A stretch of 64,000 nucleotides of DNA from Dehalococcoidia bacterium (GCA_030611085.1 JAUWQI010000002.1:37961-101960); one strand, 5' to 3'. Shown: positions 15,660 to 27,139, counted from the stretch's first letter. Notes: a model not told the origin generated them from the sequence alone. Program-made: numbers and translations.

Positions 15660-17137
15660 CATTGATGCACCAAGCCTCTTTTTGCCAGCAGGAGAGCATG
15701 GAAGCAAATCGCGAGTGGGATTACATCTTTAACCCCCAATCAGTAGCAATCGTTGGAATTTCTGCCAGAAAAACGACTTTACCTAGCGTGGGGGAACGGT
15801 ATCTCGATGCTTTGCTCGACCACGGATTTAAAGGCAAGGTTTATCTTGTAAATCCTAAAGGTGGGAAAATTTTGGGCTTAAAAATATATGCCCACATTAA
15901 AGATATCCCTGAACCAATTGATTATGTCATATCATGTGTCCCAGCCCCTGCAACACCACAGTTAATCAAGGATTGCACAGCTAAAGGAGTCAAAGTCATT
16001 CAGCTCTTTACTTCTGGCTTTTCTGAGACTGGCACAGAGGCAGGTAGGCGATTGGAAAAAGAGATTTGCTCGTTAGCTCACCAAGGTGGGATTCGAATTA
16101 TCGGCCCAAATTGTATGGGAGTATATTGTCCTAAGACAAACTTTGCTTACCGGGCTGGTTTCGCCAAGGAGAGTGGCTCAGTAGCTTTTATTTGTCAGAG
16201 TGGAGGTCATACCACTTACTTGATTCGGGAGGCAACCAAGCGAGGAATTCGATTCAGCAAGGTAGTCTCCTATGGTAATGCTGCCGATATGAATGAAAGC
16301 GACCTGCTCAACTATCTGGCGGTTGATCCAGATACAGAAATAATACTTGCCTACATCGAGGGGGTTAAGAATGGGAAGAGATTCAGCCAGGCTTTGAAAG
16401 AAACGGCTAAAATAAAGCCAGTCATAGTGCTCAAAGGTGGGGTCACCGAAACCGGGGCCAGGGCAGCAGCCTCACACACTGGGGCTTTAGTTGGTTCAGA
16501 CAGGGTATGGGACGGACTTCTACACCAAGCCGGCGCTATAAGGGTTTACAGCCTTGAGGAGATGATAGATATGGCACTGAGCTTTTCCTATTTACCTTTA
16601 CCCCTGGGAAGAAGAATAGGCATTCTTGGTCTCGGCGGTGGAGCCACTGTTTTAGCTACAGATGCTTGTACCAACGCCGGACTTGTGGTGCCGCGCTTTC
16701 CTGAAGCAATCCATAAGAGGCTCAGCAATCTACTAGGAACTGAGGCAGGAACAATCTTAAGTAATCCTGTAGACCTTTCTACCGAAGCTTGGGAATCTGG
16801 ATTTTACAATATTCTTAATATATTAGCTAATTACGAGGAGATTGACTTAAATATAGTTCACTTCCCTTTAGCTCTTTTTGCACGCTCGCTCTCCCCTGGC
16901 AATAGTAGAGTATGGGATTCGCTCGTAGATGAGGTCATTAAGGTGCATAGAGAATCATCCAAGCCGATGATAGCAGTAATCCATTTTGCTAGTTCTAATA
17001 AAGATTATGAATGGATGTTTGAGGCTCAGAGGGAGCTTTACGAAGCCGGCATTCCTGTGTATCACTCAATAGGTAACGTCGCTAAAGCTATCAATCAATT
17101 TCTGAGCTATCATGAGCACAAACTTGCCGGAAGTTAA
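15650..17137 (+). CDS. ADP-forming acyl-CoA synthetase alpha-type paralog 3
   Basis: 495 aa; SVAIVGIS, IIGPNCMGVYCP, ARAAASHTGALVG. Highly similar to paralog 2. The start could also be ATG 15698. Confidence 0.75.
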   Translation: MELALMHQASFCQQESMEANREWDYIFNPQSVAIVGISARKTTLPSVGERYLDALLDHGFKGKVYLVNPKGGKILGLKIYAHIKDIPEPIDYVISCVPAPATPQLIKDCTAKGVKVIQLFTSGFSETGTEAGRRLEKEICSLAHQGGIRIIGPNCMGVYCPKTNFAYRAGFAKESGSVAFICQSGGHTTYLIREATKRGIRFSKVVSYGNAADMNESDLLNYLAVDPDTEIILAYIEGVKNGKRFSQALKETAKIKPVIVLKGGVTETGARAAASHTGALVGSDRVWDGLLHQAGAIRVYSLEEMIDMALSFSYLPLPLGRRIGILGLGGGATVLATDACTNAGLVVPRFPEAIHKRLSNLLGTEAGTILSNPVDLSTEAWESGFYNILNILANYEEIDLNIVHFPLALFARSLSPGNSRVWDSLVDEVIKVHRESSKPMIAVIHFASSNKDYEWMFEAQRELYEAGIPVYHSIGNVAKAINQFLSYHEHKLAGS

Positions 17138-17139
17138 GA

Positions 17140-18828
17140 CTAGCTTATCCTGCCAAACTCCTTCTCTAATTGATGCGAATTCAGGTGAATCATAGTTGGC
17201 CTACCGTGAGGACAAGCGCGTGGTTGGTGAGCTTCCTCTAGTTGCTTTATTAGCTCTCGCATCTCATCATCGCTTAGCTGCTGCCCTGCCCTGATGGCGC
17301 TATGGCAAGCGAGGGATGCTGCTATCTTCTCCTCCCATGGAGAGCGATTTTCCTTACTCGCGAGGTTGTCAAGTAACATGTTTAATATCTCAGCAATATT
17401 TGCTTTTACTATCAACGACGGCACAGCACGTATCAGATGGCTCCTACTTCCGAAGGATTCGATAGCGAAGCCAAATTGAGCTAGAATTCCTTCATTAGTT
17501 TTCAGAGTTTCCTCCTCTCTGGGGCTAAGCTCTATAGTTATGGGCTGGAGTAACCCCTGAACTTCAACTTCCCTTTGTGACCATTGGGCTAAAATTCTCT
17601 CATAAAGTATGCGTTCATGTGCCGCATGCTGGTCAATTAGGTAAAGCCCATCGGGTCCCTCAGCAATGATGTAAGTGTTGGCTAGTTGTCCTACCACACG
17701 CAGAACAGGCAATCTCATCGCAGGTAACGAAGTGATAAAAGTCGGCTCGATATCCTGTATCATCCCCAGTCTTTGCGGGGGCAGCGAAGCGAGTTCTTGC
17801 CACGAAGTAGTCGCGAAGGGCACAGTTTTAGTGGTAGCCAGAGGCGTTTTAGACAATGCTTCCTTTACTGCTTTCTCTATGCTAGAAAAAACAGCCTGCT
17901 CATGGTGAAATTTTATCTGGGCTTTGGTGGGATGGACATTAACATCAACTTCCTCGGCTGGCAGCGAGATGTTGATTATAGCCATGGGGTGCTTGCCCAC
18001 CATGAGCAAGCCATGATAGGCTTCCTCGGTGGCTCTGGTTAGCAAGGGATTGCGCACCCATCGTTGATTGACGAAGAAGCTGAGATAGTTGCGATTGGAG
18101 CGGGCTAAGGAGGGCGGACTTGCCAGACCACTGACCTGAAGGTAGGTGTTCGTCCCCGTCACCTTCAGCATCTTTTGCGCCACCTCCAGACCATATAGTT
18201 GGTTTATCACATCTCGTAAGTCACCATTGCCTGCGGTATTGAAACTGAGGTGCTCATCAAGAACTAAACTAAATCTAACCTTGGGGAAAGCCAGAGCGTA
18301 TTGGCTTACCACATGGGCGATATGGCTATTTTCCGTATTTATCGTCTTCAGAAACTTGAGGCGAGCAGGGAAATAGCGGAATAGGCGGTGTACAGTTACA
18401 GTAGTGCCTTGAGGTCTGCCACAGCTCTCCCTGCGAACTATGTCACCCTTTCTCAAACACATGTAGCTGCCAATAGCCTCTGACTTGTTTCTTGTAAAAA
18501 TTTCCGCTTCAGCCACAGCAACAATGCTGGGCAGCGCTTCACCCCGAAAGCCAAGGCTGGAAATACCTTCTAAATCGGCTAAGCTGCTAATCTTGCTCGT
18601 GGCATAACGACAGAAGGCAAGCTCTACCTCCGATGCCGGAATGCCCGCTCCATTATCGCTTACCTTAATTAGACCTATGCCACCACCTTGTGCCTCAATG
18701 CTAATTTGGCTGGCTCCAGCATCAAGGGAGTTCTCCACTAACTCCTTCACCACTGAGGCTGGTCTCTCAATCACCTCCCCAGCAGCAATCTTGGAGGCTA
18801 GCTCTGATGCTAAAACTTTGATGGGCAT
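17140..18828 (-). CDS. mutL: DNA mismatch repair protein MutL (endonuclease-type)
   Basis: 562 aa; IAAGEVIERPASVVKELVENSLDAG, GFRGEAL, DQHAAHERILYE endonuclease motif. Confidence 0.9.
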   Translation of the reverse strand: MPIKVLASELASKIAAGEVIERPASVVKELVENSLDAGASQISIEAQGGGIGLIKVSDNGAGIPASEVELAFCRYATSKISSLADLEGISSLGFRGEALPSIVAVAEAEIFTRNKSEAIGSYMCLRKGDIVRRESCGRPQGTTVTVHRLFRYFPARLKFLKTINTENSHIAHVVSQYALAFPKVRFSLVLDEHLSFNTAGNGDLRDVINQLYGLEVAQKMLKVTGTNTYLQVSGLASPPSLARSNRNYLSFFVNQRWVRNPLLTRATEEAYHGLLMVGKHPMAIINISLPAEEVDVNVHPTKAQIKFHHEQAVFSSIEKAVKEALSKTPLATTKTVPFATTSWQELASLPPQRLGMIQDIEPTFITSLPAMRLPVLRVVGQLANTYIIAEGPDGLYLIDQHAAHERILYERILAQWSQREVEVQGLLQPITIELSPREEETLKTNEGILAQFGFAIESFGSRSHLIRAVPSLIVKANIAEILNMLLDNLASKENRSPWEEKIAASLACHSAIRAGQQLSDDEMRELIKQLEEAHQPRACPHGRPTMIHLNSHQLEKEFGRIS

Positions 18829-18872
18829 TTGAATTATATTTTACACGCTTTCGTGTATCCTGTCAATGGCTA

Positions 18873-21107
18873 TCAAGGAAAGTCTAAATATTTTTCAATT
18901 TTCTCCAATTTTGCCAGGCTGAGCAGAAGTTTCTTAACACCTTCTCGTTCAAAGGCTACAGTTACAACTTGATCTCCTTTATCAGGAGAGCAATTCATCA
19001 CTATGCCATCGCCAAATTTCGGGTGGTAAACCCAATCTCCAACCTTCAGGTCTAAAAGAGATTCTTCCCCTTCACTTCGTTCAGGGTCAGAATGACAAGA
19101 AGTGTTGTTAAACAACCTCGCCTTATTGAAGTGAGACGAAGACTGTGAATAAGCCGGGGCTGGTGAAGCTAGGCTTTCCTCCCATAGTCCCTTGGTAGTT
19201 ACTAGATGTGGTGAGATGTCCTTAAGAAAGCGGGACGGTGGATTTGCTGAGCTAGTGCCAAATAAGCTGCGGCGACGGCTGCGCAGGAGATAGAGTCGTT
19301 TCTTAGCCCGAGTCACCCCAACATAGCAAAGACGACGTTCTTCCTCCATTTCCGCTGGGTCATCAAAAGATTTCCTGTGAGGTAGAATTCCTTCTTCCAT
19401 GCCAACGATAAAAACCACAGGAAACTCCAAGCCTTTAGCTTGATGCAAGGTAATCAGAGTCACGGCATCAGCTTTTTCATCTAATTCATCTACGTCCGAT
19501 ACTAAACTGACCTGTTCCAAAAAGGTGGCTAAAGCCTCTTTGGGATTAAGCTCATCGTTTTCCCTGGCAACACTTTTTAGCTCCATCACATTTTCCCACC
19601 TCTCTTCTCCCCCCTCCTTCTCCAGAATATATTCCCTGTATCTGGTGCGCCCCAATATCTCCTCTATTAGCTCAGCAGGCGATAGCTGGCGACTCTGGGC
19701 AATAAGCTCGTGGATGAGAACAGAAAATCCCGCTAAGACCTGATTGATGTGTGGAGAAAGAACTTTTTCCTCTACTACTACCTGTTCTAAAGCCTCGTAT
19801 AGGGAAGTATCCTGCGCCCTTGCCCAAGCTCGAAGCTGACTCAAGGTGCGTCTCCCAATGCCCCGTCCAGGCACATTTATCACTCGAATCAGGCTAACGT
19901 TGTCTTGTGGGTTATGAATAAACCTGAGGTAAGCAATGATATCCTTAACCTCTCGCCGTTGGTAAAAGCGAGTGCCACCAATAAGCCGATAAGGCACACC
20001 ATACCTCATAAAGGTTTCCTCTAGCATCCGTGACTGGGCATTAACCCGATACATCACAGCGCAATCTTTGAGCGATATTTTGTCCTGGCTAACCAGCTTC
20101 TCTACCTCGTTGACCACGGATTGGGCTTCTTCCTCCTCACTGTAACTTTCTATAATGGAGACTTTAGAGCCAGCTTCATTTTCAGTCCATAGCTCTTTTG
20201 GCTTGCGCTGCACATTTGCCGAGATAATATCCGAGGCTACTTCTAGAATAGTCTTGGTGGAACGGTAGTTTTGCTCTAAGAGCACTACTTTGGCTTCAGG
20301 ATAATCCTTTTCAAAGCTCAAGATGTTGCGTAAATCGGCAAATCTCCAAGAATAAATGGATTGGTCTGGGTCGCCAACCACGCAAATATTGTGATATTTC
20401 TCTGCTAGCTGCTTCATAAGCATATACTGGGTAATATTAGTATCCTGAAACTCATCGACTAAGATATGAACATAACGTGACTGGTATCGGCTAAGAATTT
20501 GGGGATGATCATTAAATAATTGCACCGTTTTCATTAGCAAGTCATCGAAATCCACCGCCTCACTTTGAGTGAGCAACTCCTGGTACCTTTGGTAAACCCG
20601 GTGCACTATTTCCTCAAAATAACTACCAATCCGCTGAGCATAAGCATGGGGGCTGGTGAGACAACTTTTGGCAGCGCCGATAGCTGAGTGTAGAGCGCGG
20701 GGAGCATACTGCTTGGGGTCGAGATTCAATTCCTCTAGAGCCTGCTTTATTAAGTTTAACTGGTCCTCTTCATCATAAATAACAAAGCTTGGCTCTAAGC
20801 CTATGGCATTGCCCTCGCGGCGGAGAATTCGAGCACAGATGGCATGAAAGGTGCCCAAGGTTAAAGCCTCCACTGCCTGACCCAGGAGTTGTTCTAACCT
20901 TTCCTTCATTTCGCGGGCGGCTTTATTAGTGAAAGTGACTGCCATGATGCTGTAGGGATTAACGCCACAGACTTTAATCAGATAAGCAATTCGGTGAGCA
21001 ATCACTCTGGTCTTGCCACTGCCAGGGCCAGCTAAAATAAGCACAGGCCCTTCAATAGTTTCTCCGGCTTTTCTCTGAGCGGGATTAAGCGTAGCTAGAA
21101 TATCCAT
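18873..21107 (-). CDS. pcrA: ATP-dependent DNA helicase PcrA/UvrD (SF1)
   Basis: 744 aa; AGPGSGKTRV, VDEFQDTN, LEQNYRS, VTLITLHQAKGLEFPVVF, YVGVTRAKKRL, C-terminal GDWVYHPKFGDG. Contains an in-frame R1 repeat unit. Confidence 0.9.
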   Translation of the reverse strand: MDILATLNPAQRKAGETIEGPVLILAGPGSGKTRVIAHRIAYLIKVCGVNPYSIMAVTFTNKAAREMKERLEQLLGQAVEALTLGTFHAICARILRREGNAIGLEPSFVIYDEEDQLNLIKQALEELNLDPKQYAPRALHSAIGAAKSCLTSPHAYAQRIGSYFEEIVHRVYQRYQELLTQSEAVDFDDLLMKTVQLFNDHPQILSRYQSRYVHILVDEFQDTNITQYMLMKQLAEKYHNICVVGDPDQSIYSWRFADLRNILSFEKDYPEAKVVLLEQNYRSTKTILEVASDIISANVQRKPKELWTENEAGSKVSIIESYSEEEEAQSVVNEVEKLVSQDKISLKDCAVMYRVNAQSRMLEETFMRYGVPYRLIGGTRFYQRREVKDIIAYLRFIHNPQDNVSLIRVINVPGRGIGRRTLSQLRAWARAQDTSLYEALEQVVVEEKVLSPHINQVLAGFSVLIHELIAQSRQLSPAELIEEILGRTRYREYILEKEGGEERWENVMELKSVARENDELNPKEALATFLEQVSLVSDVDELDEKADAVTLITLHQAKGLEFPVVFIVGMEEGILPHRKSFDDPAEMEEERRLCYVGVTRAKKRLYLLRSRRRSLFGTSSANPPSRFLKDISPHLVTTKGLWEESLASPAPAYSQSSSHFNKARLFNNTSCHSDPERSEGEESLLDLKVGDWVYHPKFGDGIVMNCSPDKGDQVVTVAFEREGVKKLLLSLAKLEKIEKYLDFP
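19058..19097. repeat. R1 unit inside pcrA coding sequence
   Basis: gagattcttccccttcacttcgttcagggtcagaatgaca; translated in frame as ..CHSDPERSEGEESL.. Confidence 0.75.
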
Positions 21108-21140
21108 GGGGGCTCAAGGATTATTATAGCATTGAACGGC

Positions 21141-21190
21141 GTGCTGCGTCTGGGACGCTGAGACCAGGGGTTCAAGTCCTCTCGCCTCGA
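21141..21190 (+). other. tRNA 3'-half-like fragment (long-variable-arm-like hairpin + T-arm + 3' acceptor strand) with no matching 5' half
   Basis: gcgtc-tgg-gacgc hairpin, then aggggTTCAAGTcctct (T-arm) and cgcctcg-a. No cgaggcg 5' acceptor strand or D-arm upstream. Confidence 0.35.
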
Positions 21191-21233
21191 TTAGCAGGTC
21201 TCAATACTAATAATGAGTGAAACGCCTCTTACA

Positions 21234-21263
21234 TTGACGAGCCAGCATGTTTATGCTAAAAAT
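21234..21263 (+). promoter_or_regulatory. Candidate promoter TTGACG-N17-TAAAAAT upstream of asd
   Basis: Consensus-like hexamers about 105 nt upstream of ATG 21369. Confidence 0.35.
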
Positions 21264-21368
21264 TACGCTTTCTAAGACTTAAAACAGGTGTGGTCAACCA
21301 CTTTAGATGCTAGAATTGGTAGTCCCCAACTGGCATTAATATTTAAAAAGGCGGAGAGGAGAGAAACT

Positions 21369-22448
21369 ATGGTAAAAGCTGCAATCGTAGGAGCCACAGG
21401 CATTGTTGGTCAGCAGTTCATCGTTGCCCTGAAAAATCACCCCTGGATTGGAATCGCAGCGCTTGCTGCCTCCGAGAGGTCAGCAGGGCGCAGCTATAAA
21501 GAGGCAATAACCGAGGCTTCTTCTGGAGCCCTGCGCTGGTTTTGCCAGGAGCCTCCCATAGAAGAAGTTATGGAAATGTCGGTCCAGAACGCCACCGAAT
21601 TGGATATCTCCGCTATAGACCTTGTCTTCTCTGCCATAGAGTCCGACACGGCGAAGATTCTTGAACCTAAATTTGCCGTAGACAAGCCGGTTATAAGCAC
21701 CGCTTCAGCCTTTCGTTACGATGATGATGTGCCCATTTTAATTCCAGGTATCAACTCTGAGCACGCTAAGCTACTCGAAGTGCAGAGAAAATCGCGAGGA
21801 TGGAAGGGCTTCATTACACCTATTCCTAACTGTACCACCATAGGATTGGCGATAACGCTGAAACCAATTTATGAAGCCTTTGGACTGAACGCTGTCATAA
21901 TGACTTCGATGCAGGCTATGTCGGGCGCGGGGAGAAGCCCTGGAGTATTAGGTCTCGATATCCTGGACAATGTCATTCCCTTTATTCCGGGGGAGGAAGA
22001 AAAGACGCAGAGGGAAACACAGAAAATCCTGGGCGACCTTGAAGGCTCCTCAATCAGCACTGCAAGATTCAGCGTAAGCAGCACCTGTACCCGTGTTAAT
22101 GTACGGGAGGGACATACGGAATCGGTCTTCGTCTCTACCCGAAAAGCTTGCGCGGTGGAAGATGTGGCAAGGGCGATGAAAGAATACCGCGGCTCATCCC
22201 GTGAAGCCGAGCTGCCTTCGGCTCCAAAGCACATGATACTAGTGCTAGACGACCCGTTCAGGCCTCAGCCACGACTTGATCGTGATACCGATGATGGCAT
22301 GGCCACCGTGGTCGGTAGAATCAGGAAGGACACTGTTTTAGAAAACGGCATCAAATATCTCCTGGTGTCTCACAATACCAAGATGGGAGCTGCTAAGGGC
22401 GCAGTTCTTGTAGCGGAGCTCCTTATCAGGGATGGATATATCTCCTAG
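21369..22448 (+). CDS. asd: Aspartate-semialdehyde dehydrogenase (archaeal-like type)
   Basis: MVKAAIVGATGIVGQQF, active-site IPNCTT, SGAGRSPG. The ORF-track start (21288) is upstream of a good RBS (GGAGAGGAG) and ATG 21369. Confidence 0.85.
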   Translation: MVKAAIVGATGIVGQQFIVALKNHPWIGIAALAASERSAGRSYKEAITEASSGALRWFCQEPPIEEVMEMSVQNATELDISAIDLVFSAIESDTAKILEPKFAVDKPVISTASAFRYDDDVPILIPGINSEHAKLLEVQRKSRGWKGFITPIPNCTTIGLAITLKPIYEAFGLNAVIMTSMQAMSGAGRSPGVLGLDILDNVIPFIPGEEEKTQRETQKILGDLEGSSISTARFSVSSTCTRVNVREGHTESVFVSTRKACAVEDVARAMKEYRGSSREAELPSAPKHMILVLDDPFRPQPRLDRDTDDGMATVVGRIRKDTVLENGIKYLLVSHNTKMGAAKGAVLVAELLIRDGYIS

Positions 22449-22567
22449 GTGCCGATTGAAACTATCCAAAACCGCAATTTCTTCCAGTGTGTGTGGCAGC
22501 CAGCATTTCAGTCTTTAGTCACCAGTCGATAGTTTCGAGTCAAAGGAGCTTATTTATGCCACTTTTT

Positions 22568-22614
22568 GAGGTTGCTTCGCTTCGCTCGCAATAACAATGA
22601 AGGGGTTGCAATGA
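22568..22614. repeat. R1 repeat (degenerate)
   Basis: gaggttgcttcgcttcgctcgcaataac..ggggttgcaatgat. Confidence 0.55.
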
Positions 22615-22689
22615 TGTTTCCCGGCAGTTTATTTTAATAGCCTTGGGTGAGTGAAGAGCACTCAGATGATAGCTAACATCTGATGAGAA

Positions 22690-23115
22690 TCAGACTGTTC
22701 CCCTAGTTTTGTGGCGTCTTTTCTCGGCTGTCTTTAATCTGACTAAGGAACGACGCAGAGCAGCCTCAGCAGCAGCGGCATCTCCCCCCAGCGGCCCCGC
22801 TTTTAAGGTTTCTTCGGCACGGCGCTTGGACTCCTCAGCACGCTCTACATTAAGCTCCTCTGCACGCTCACAGGCATCAGCCAAAATAATTACCTTATCA
22901 GGACGTACCTCAAGAAAGCCACCACTTATTGCTAGATACTCCACTTCATTATCCTTTTTGATAAGCAGGTCCCCAGATTGGAGCATAGTCATCAACGGAG
23001 CATGATGAGGGAGAATTCCCAGTTGTCCCTCTACCCCCCAAGCAACAACCTCACTAATATCCTCGGAGTAAACCATTCTTTCAGCGGTAACAATCTCAAG
23101 CCTTAATGTAGCCAT
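22690..23115 (-). CDS. atpC: F1 ATP synthase epsilon subunit
   Basis: 141 aa; [11 protein letters not shown].., [11 protein letters not shown]; last gene of the atp operon. Confidence 0.9.
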   Translation of the reverse strand: MATLRLEIVTAERMVYSEDISEVVAWGVEGQLGILPHHAPLMTMLQSGDLLIKKDNEVEYLAISGGFLEVRPDKVIILADACERAEELNVERAEESKRRAEETLKAGPLGGDAAAAEAALRRSLVRLKTAEKRRHKTRGTV

Positions 23116-23123
23116 AACCTCAC

Positions 23124-23250
23124 CTAACTTAAACTCTAAATTCGAATATCTAAATCCTAAACAAATTCCAAATTCAAAACCTTCATGTTTTGGTCATTAT
23201 TGCTTCGATATTGTTTCGAGTTTCGTATTTCGTGCTTAGGATTTCCCCTT
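23124..23250. repeat. R4 AT-rich long imperfect hairpin between atpD and atpC
   Basis: ..aattcgaatatctaaatcctaaacaaattccaaattcaaaacc ttcat gttttggtcatt..tttcgtgcttaggattt. Confidence 0.8.
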
Positions 23251-23252
23251 TT

Positions 23253-24650
<1,398 letters not shown>

Positions 24651-24659
24651 TTAACCTCC

Positions 24660-25523
24660 TTAAGCTGCAGCTGCGGCTTCCGCGCCTCCGCTGATATCGC
24701 AAATTTCCTTGGTAATAGTTTCCTGTCGGATTTTGTTTAGAGTCAAGGTTAAATCTTGAATAACGTCCCTGGCGTTATCACTGGCATTGCGCATAGCTAC
24801 CATTCGTGCCGATTGCTCGCTAGCAATAAGCTCAAGGACAGCGTGATACACTTGCATCTCCACATATCGAGGTAATAAGTCATTCAAGACAGTATCGGGG
24901 TCAGGCTCCCAAATATATTCCCCTGTCTGAGTTGGGAGTACTTCCGGAGGCTTGATGGGGAGCAATACCTTCATTGTGGGTTGCTGCACCATGGTGGTAA
25001 CAAAGTGAGGATAAGCAAGATATACTAAGTCAGCTTCTCCATTACTATAATCATCAATAACTACTCGTGAGATGGGCAAGGTCTCTAGCAGGGTAGGTCG
25101 GTCGCTGATTCTGCTAAACTCAGCACGGATATTTTGCCCACTACGGAGCATAAAAGCCCGCGCCTTTCGTCCCACGGTAACGACCGTAATGGGCACATTT
25201 TGCTTCAAAATAAACCTGGCAACAAGACGGTTTAAATTAGCATTCAGCCCGCCGCATAATCCACGGTCGGTGGCGATATGCACTATAGCTATTTTCTTAA
25301 CCTCTCGCTTCTGTAACAATGAAGGGATACCTCCATTGACACGAGGTTGGATTGCCAAGTCTGCAATTATCTGGCTTATTTTCTCAGTGTAAGGCCGCCC
25401 TGCCATTGCTTGGTCTTGAGCCCGCTTCATCTTGGCAGTGGCAATCATCTCCATTGCCTTACAAATCTTGGCAGTGCCTTCAACACTAGTTATACGCCGA
25501 CGAAGAATCTGAGTGCTAGCCAT
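24660..25523 (-). CDS. atpG: F1 ATP synthase gamma subunit
   Basis: 287 aa; RRITSVEGTAKICKAMEMIATAKM, TDRGLCGG, ITKEICDISGGAEA. Confidence 0.9.
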   Translation of the reverse strand: MASTQILRRRITSVEGTAKICKAMEMIATAKMKRAQDQAMAGRPYTEKISQIIADLAIQPRVNGGIPSLLQKREVKKIAIVHIATDRGLCGGLNANLNRLVARFILKQNVPITVVTVGRKARAFMLRSGQNIRAEFSRISDRPTLLETLPISRVVIDDYSNGEADLVYLAYPHFVTTMVQQPTMKVLLPIKPPEVLPTQTGEYIWEPDPDTVLNDLLPRYVEMQVYHAVLELIASEQSARMVAMRNASDNARDVIQDLTLTLNKIRQETITKEICDISGGAEAAAAA

Positions 25524-25530
25524 TGTCTTT

Positions 25531-25627
25531 AATTAACTGAAAATCCTAAATACTAATTTCTAAACTCTAAACAAATTCAAAATTCAAATTCCTAATTATT
25601 TAGGATTTAGATATTAGTGCTTAGTAT
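25531..25627. repeat. R4 AT-rich hairpin between atpA and atpG
   Basis: aaatcctaaatactaatttctaaactctaaacaaattcaaaattcaaattcctaatt..ttagtgcttagtatttag; 33 nt identical (inverted) to the 60757 copy. Confidence 0.85.
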
Positions 25628-27139
25628 TTAGTATGTGCTGCCTCCTTTGAATTCCTTTGCGGCTGAGGTCAAAGTTTCCTCAGTCTCTGGCGTTATCTCC
25701 ATATCTTCATTGATTTTCTGTTCTATTTCGGGGTGGCTGGTTTCCATGAATCTATGAAAATTTTCCTCCCAAACAATAACTTTCTCTACAGGCACATCGT
25801 CAAGGTAGCCATTAGTTACGGCGAAGAGGATCGATACTTGCTTCCCCAAGGACATAGGAGAATATTGAGGCTGCTTTAGCACCTCAGTAATACGGCGGCC
25901 TCGCTCCAACTGGTCTTTGGTAGCCTTATCTAATTCTTCAGCACCAAACTTGGCAAAAGCTTCAAGCTCCCGAAACTGAGCTAATTCCAACCTTAGCTTG
26001 CCCGCTACTTGTCTCATGGCTTTCCTTTGAGCTGAGCCACCAACTCGGCTCACCGATAATCCTACATTTACTGCGGGGCGAATGCCAGCATTAAATAAAT
26101 CAGGCTCGAGGTAAATTTGCCCATCGGTAATGGAAATCACATTTGTGGGGATGTAAGCCGACATGTCCCCAGCTTGAGTTTCAATAATGGGTAAAGCGGT
26201 GAGTGAGCCACCACCGTACTCCGGAGCTAACCTGGCTGCCCTTTCTAAAAGCCGACTATGCAAGTAGAAGATATCACCGGGGTAAGCTTCTCTACCTGGT
26301 GGACGGCGAAGTAACAAAGAAAGCTGGCGATAAGCCCAAGCATGCCTATAAAGGTCATCATAGATAATCAAGGCATCTTTTCCCTGCTCCATAAATTCCT
26401 CGCCCATAGCGCAGCCAGAATAAGGAGCGATATATTGCAATGGCGCAGGGTCAGCAGCATCAGCAGCCACCACAATGGTGTGCTCCATGGCTCCGTATTT
26501 TTCCAAAGTGCCCACTACCTGAGCTACCCTGGAGGTTCTTTGTCCGATAGCGACATAAATACAGATAAGGTCGCCACCTTTCTGAGCGATTATAGTATCG
26601 ATGGGAATAGCTGATTTACCGGTAAAACGGTCACCGATGATAAGTTCACGCTGGCCTCGTCCAATAGGAATCATACTATCTATAGCTTTAATGCCTGTCA
26701 GCACAGGTGTATCTACAGGTTGTCTTGCCACCACATTTGGTGCCACACGCTCCACAGGACGGGTCTTCTCCGTCTTGATTGGTCCCTTACCATCACGGGG
26801 GCGTCCCAAAGGGTCAACTACCCTTCCAATAAGAGCATCACCTACAGGAACTTCAATCACTCTCCCTGTTGACCTTACTTCATCCCCTTCCTTAATCTGG
26901 CTGCAATCACCGAGAATGACAGCACCAACATTATCCTCCTCCAAATTAAGAGCCAAGCCCATGATATCGTGGGGGAATTGTAATAGCTCATTATATTCTG
27001 CAGCGCCGAGCCCATGAACTCGGGCAATGCCATCTCCTACCTCCACCACCGTGCCCACATTGGCTATAGCCACAGCAGCGCCAAAATGCTCTATTTCCTC
27101 TTTGATTACAGAAACAATATCCTGACTTCGAGTTGCCAT
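25628..27139 (-). CDS. atpA: F1 ATP synthase alpha subunit
   Basis: 503 aa; GDRFTGKS Walker [26 protein letters not shown]. Confidence 0.95.
   Translation of the reverse strand: MATRSQDIVSVIKEEIEHFGAAVAIANVGTVVEVGDGIARVHGLGAAEYNELLQFPHDIMGLALNLEEDNVGAVILGDCSQIKEGDEVRSTGRVIEVPVGDALIGRVVDPLGRPRDGKGPIKTEKTRPVERVAPNVVARQPVDTPVLTGIKAIDSMIPIGRGQRELIIGDRFTGKSAIPIDTIIAQKGGDLICIYVAIGQRTSRVAQVVGTLEKYGAMEHTIVVAADAADPAPLQYIAPYSGCAMGEEFMEQGKDALIIYDDLYRHAWAYRQLSLLLRRPPGREAYPGDIFYLHSRLLERAARLAPEYGGGSLTALPIIETQAGDMSAYIPTNVISITDGQIYLEPDLFNAGIRPAVNVGLSVSRVGGSAQRKAMRQVAGKLRLELAQFRELEAFAKFGAEELDKATKDQLERGRRITEVLKQPQYSPMSLGKQVSILFAVTNGYLDDVPVEKVIVWEENFHRFMETSHPEIEQKINEDMEITPETEETLTSAAKEFKGGSTY

Noticed and set aside
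21100-21190. A complete tRNA (Ser/Leu/Sec-like) upstream of pcrA
   Set aside because: Only the variable-arm-like hairpin, T-arm and 3' acceptor strand are present. The required 5' acceptor strand (cgaggcg), D-arm and anticodon arm are missing. I report it only as a fragment.
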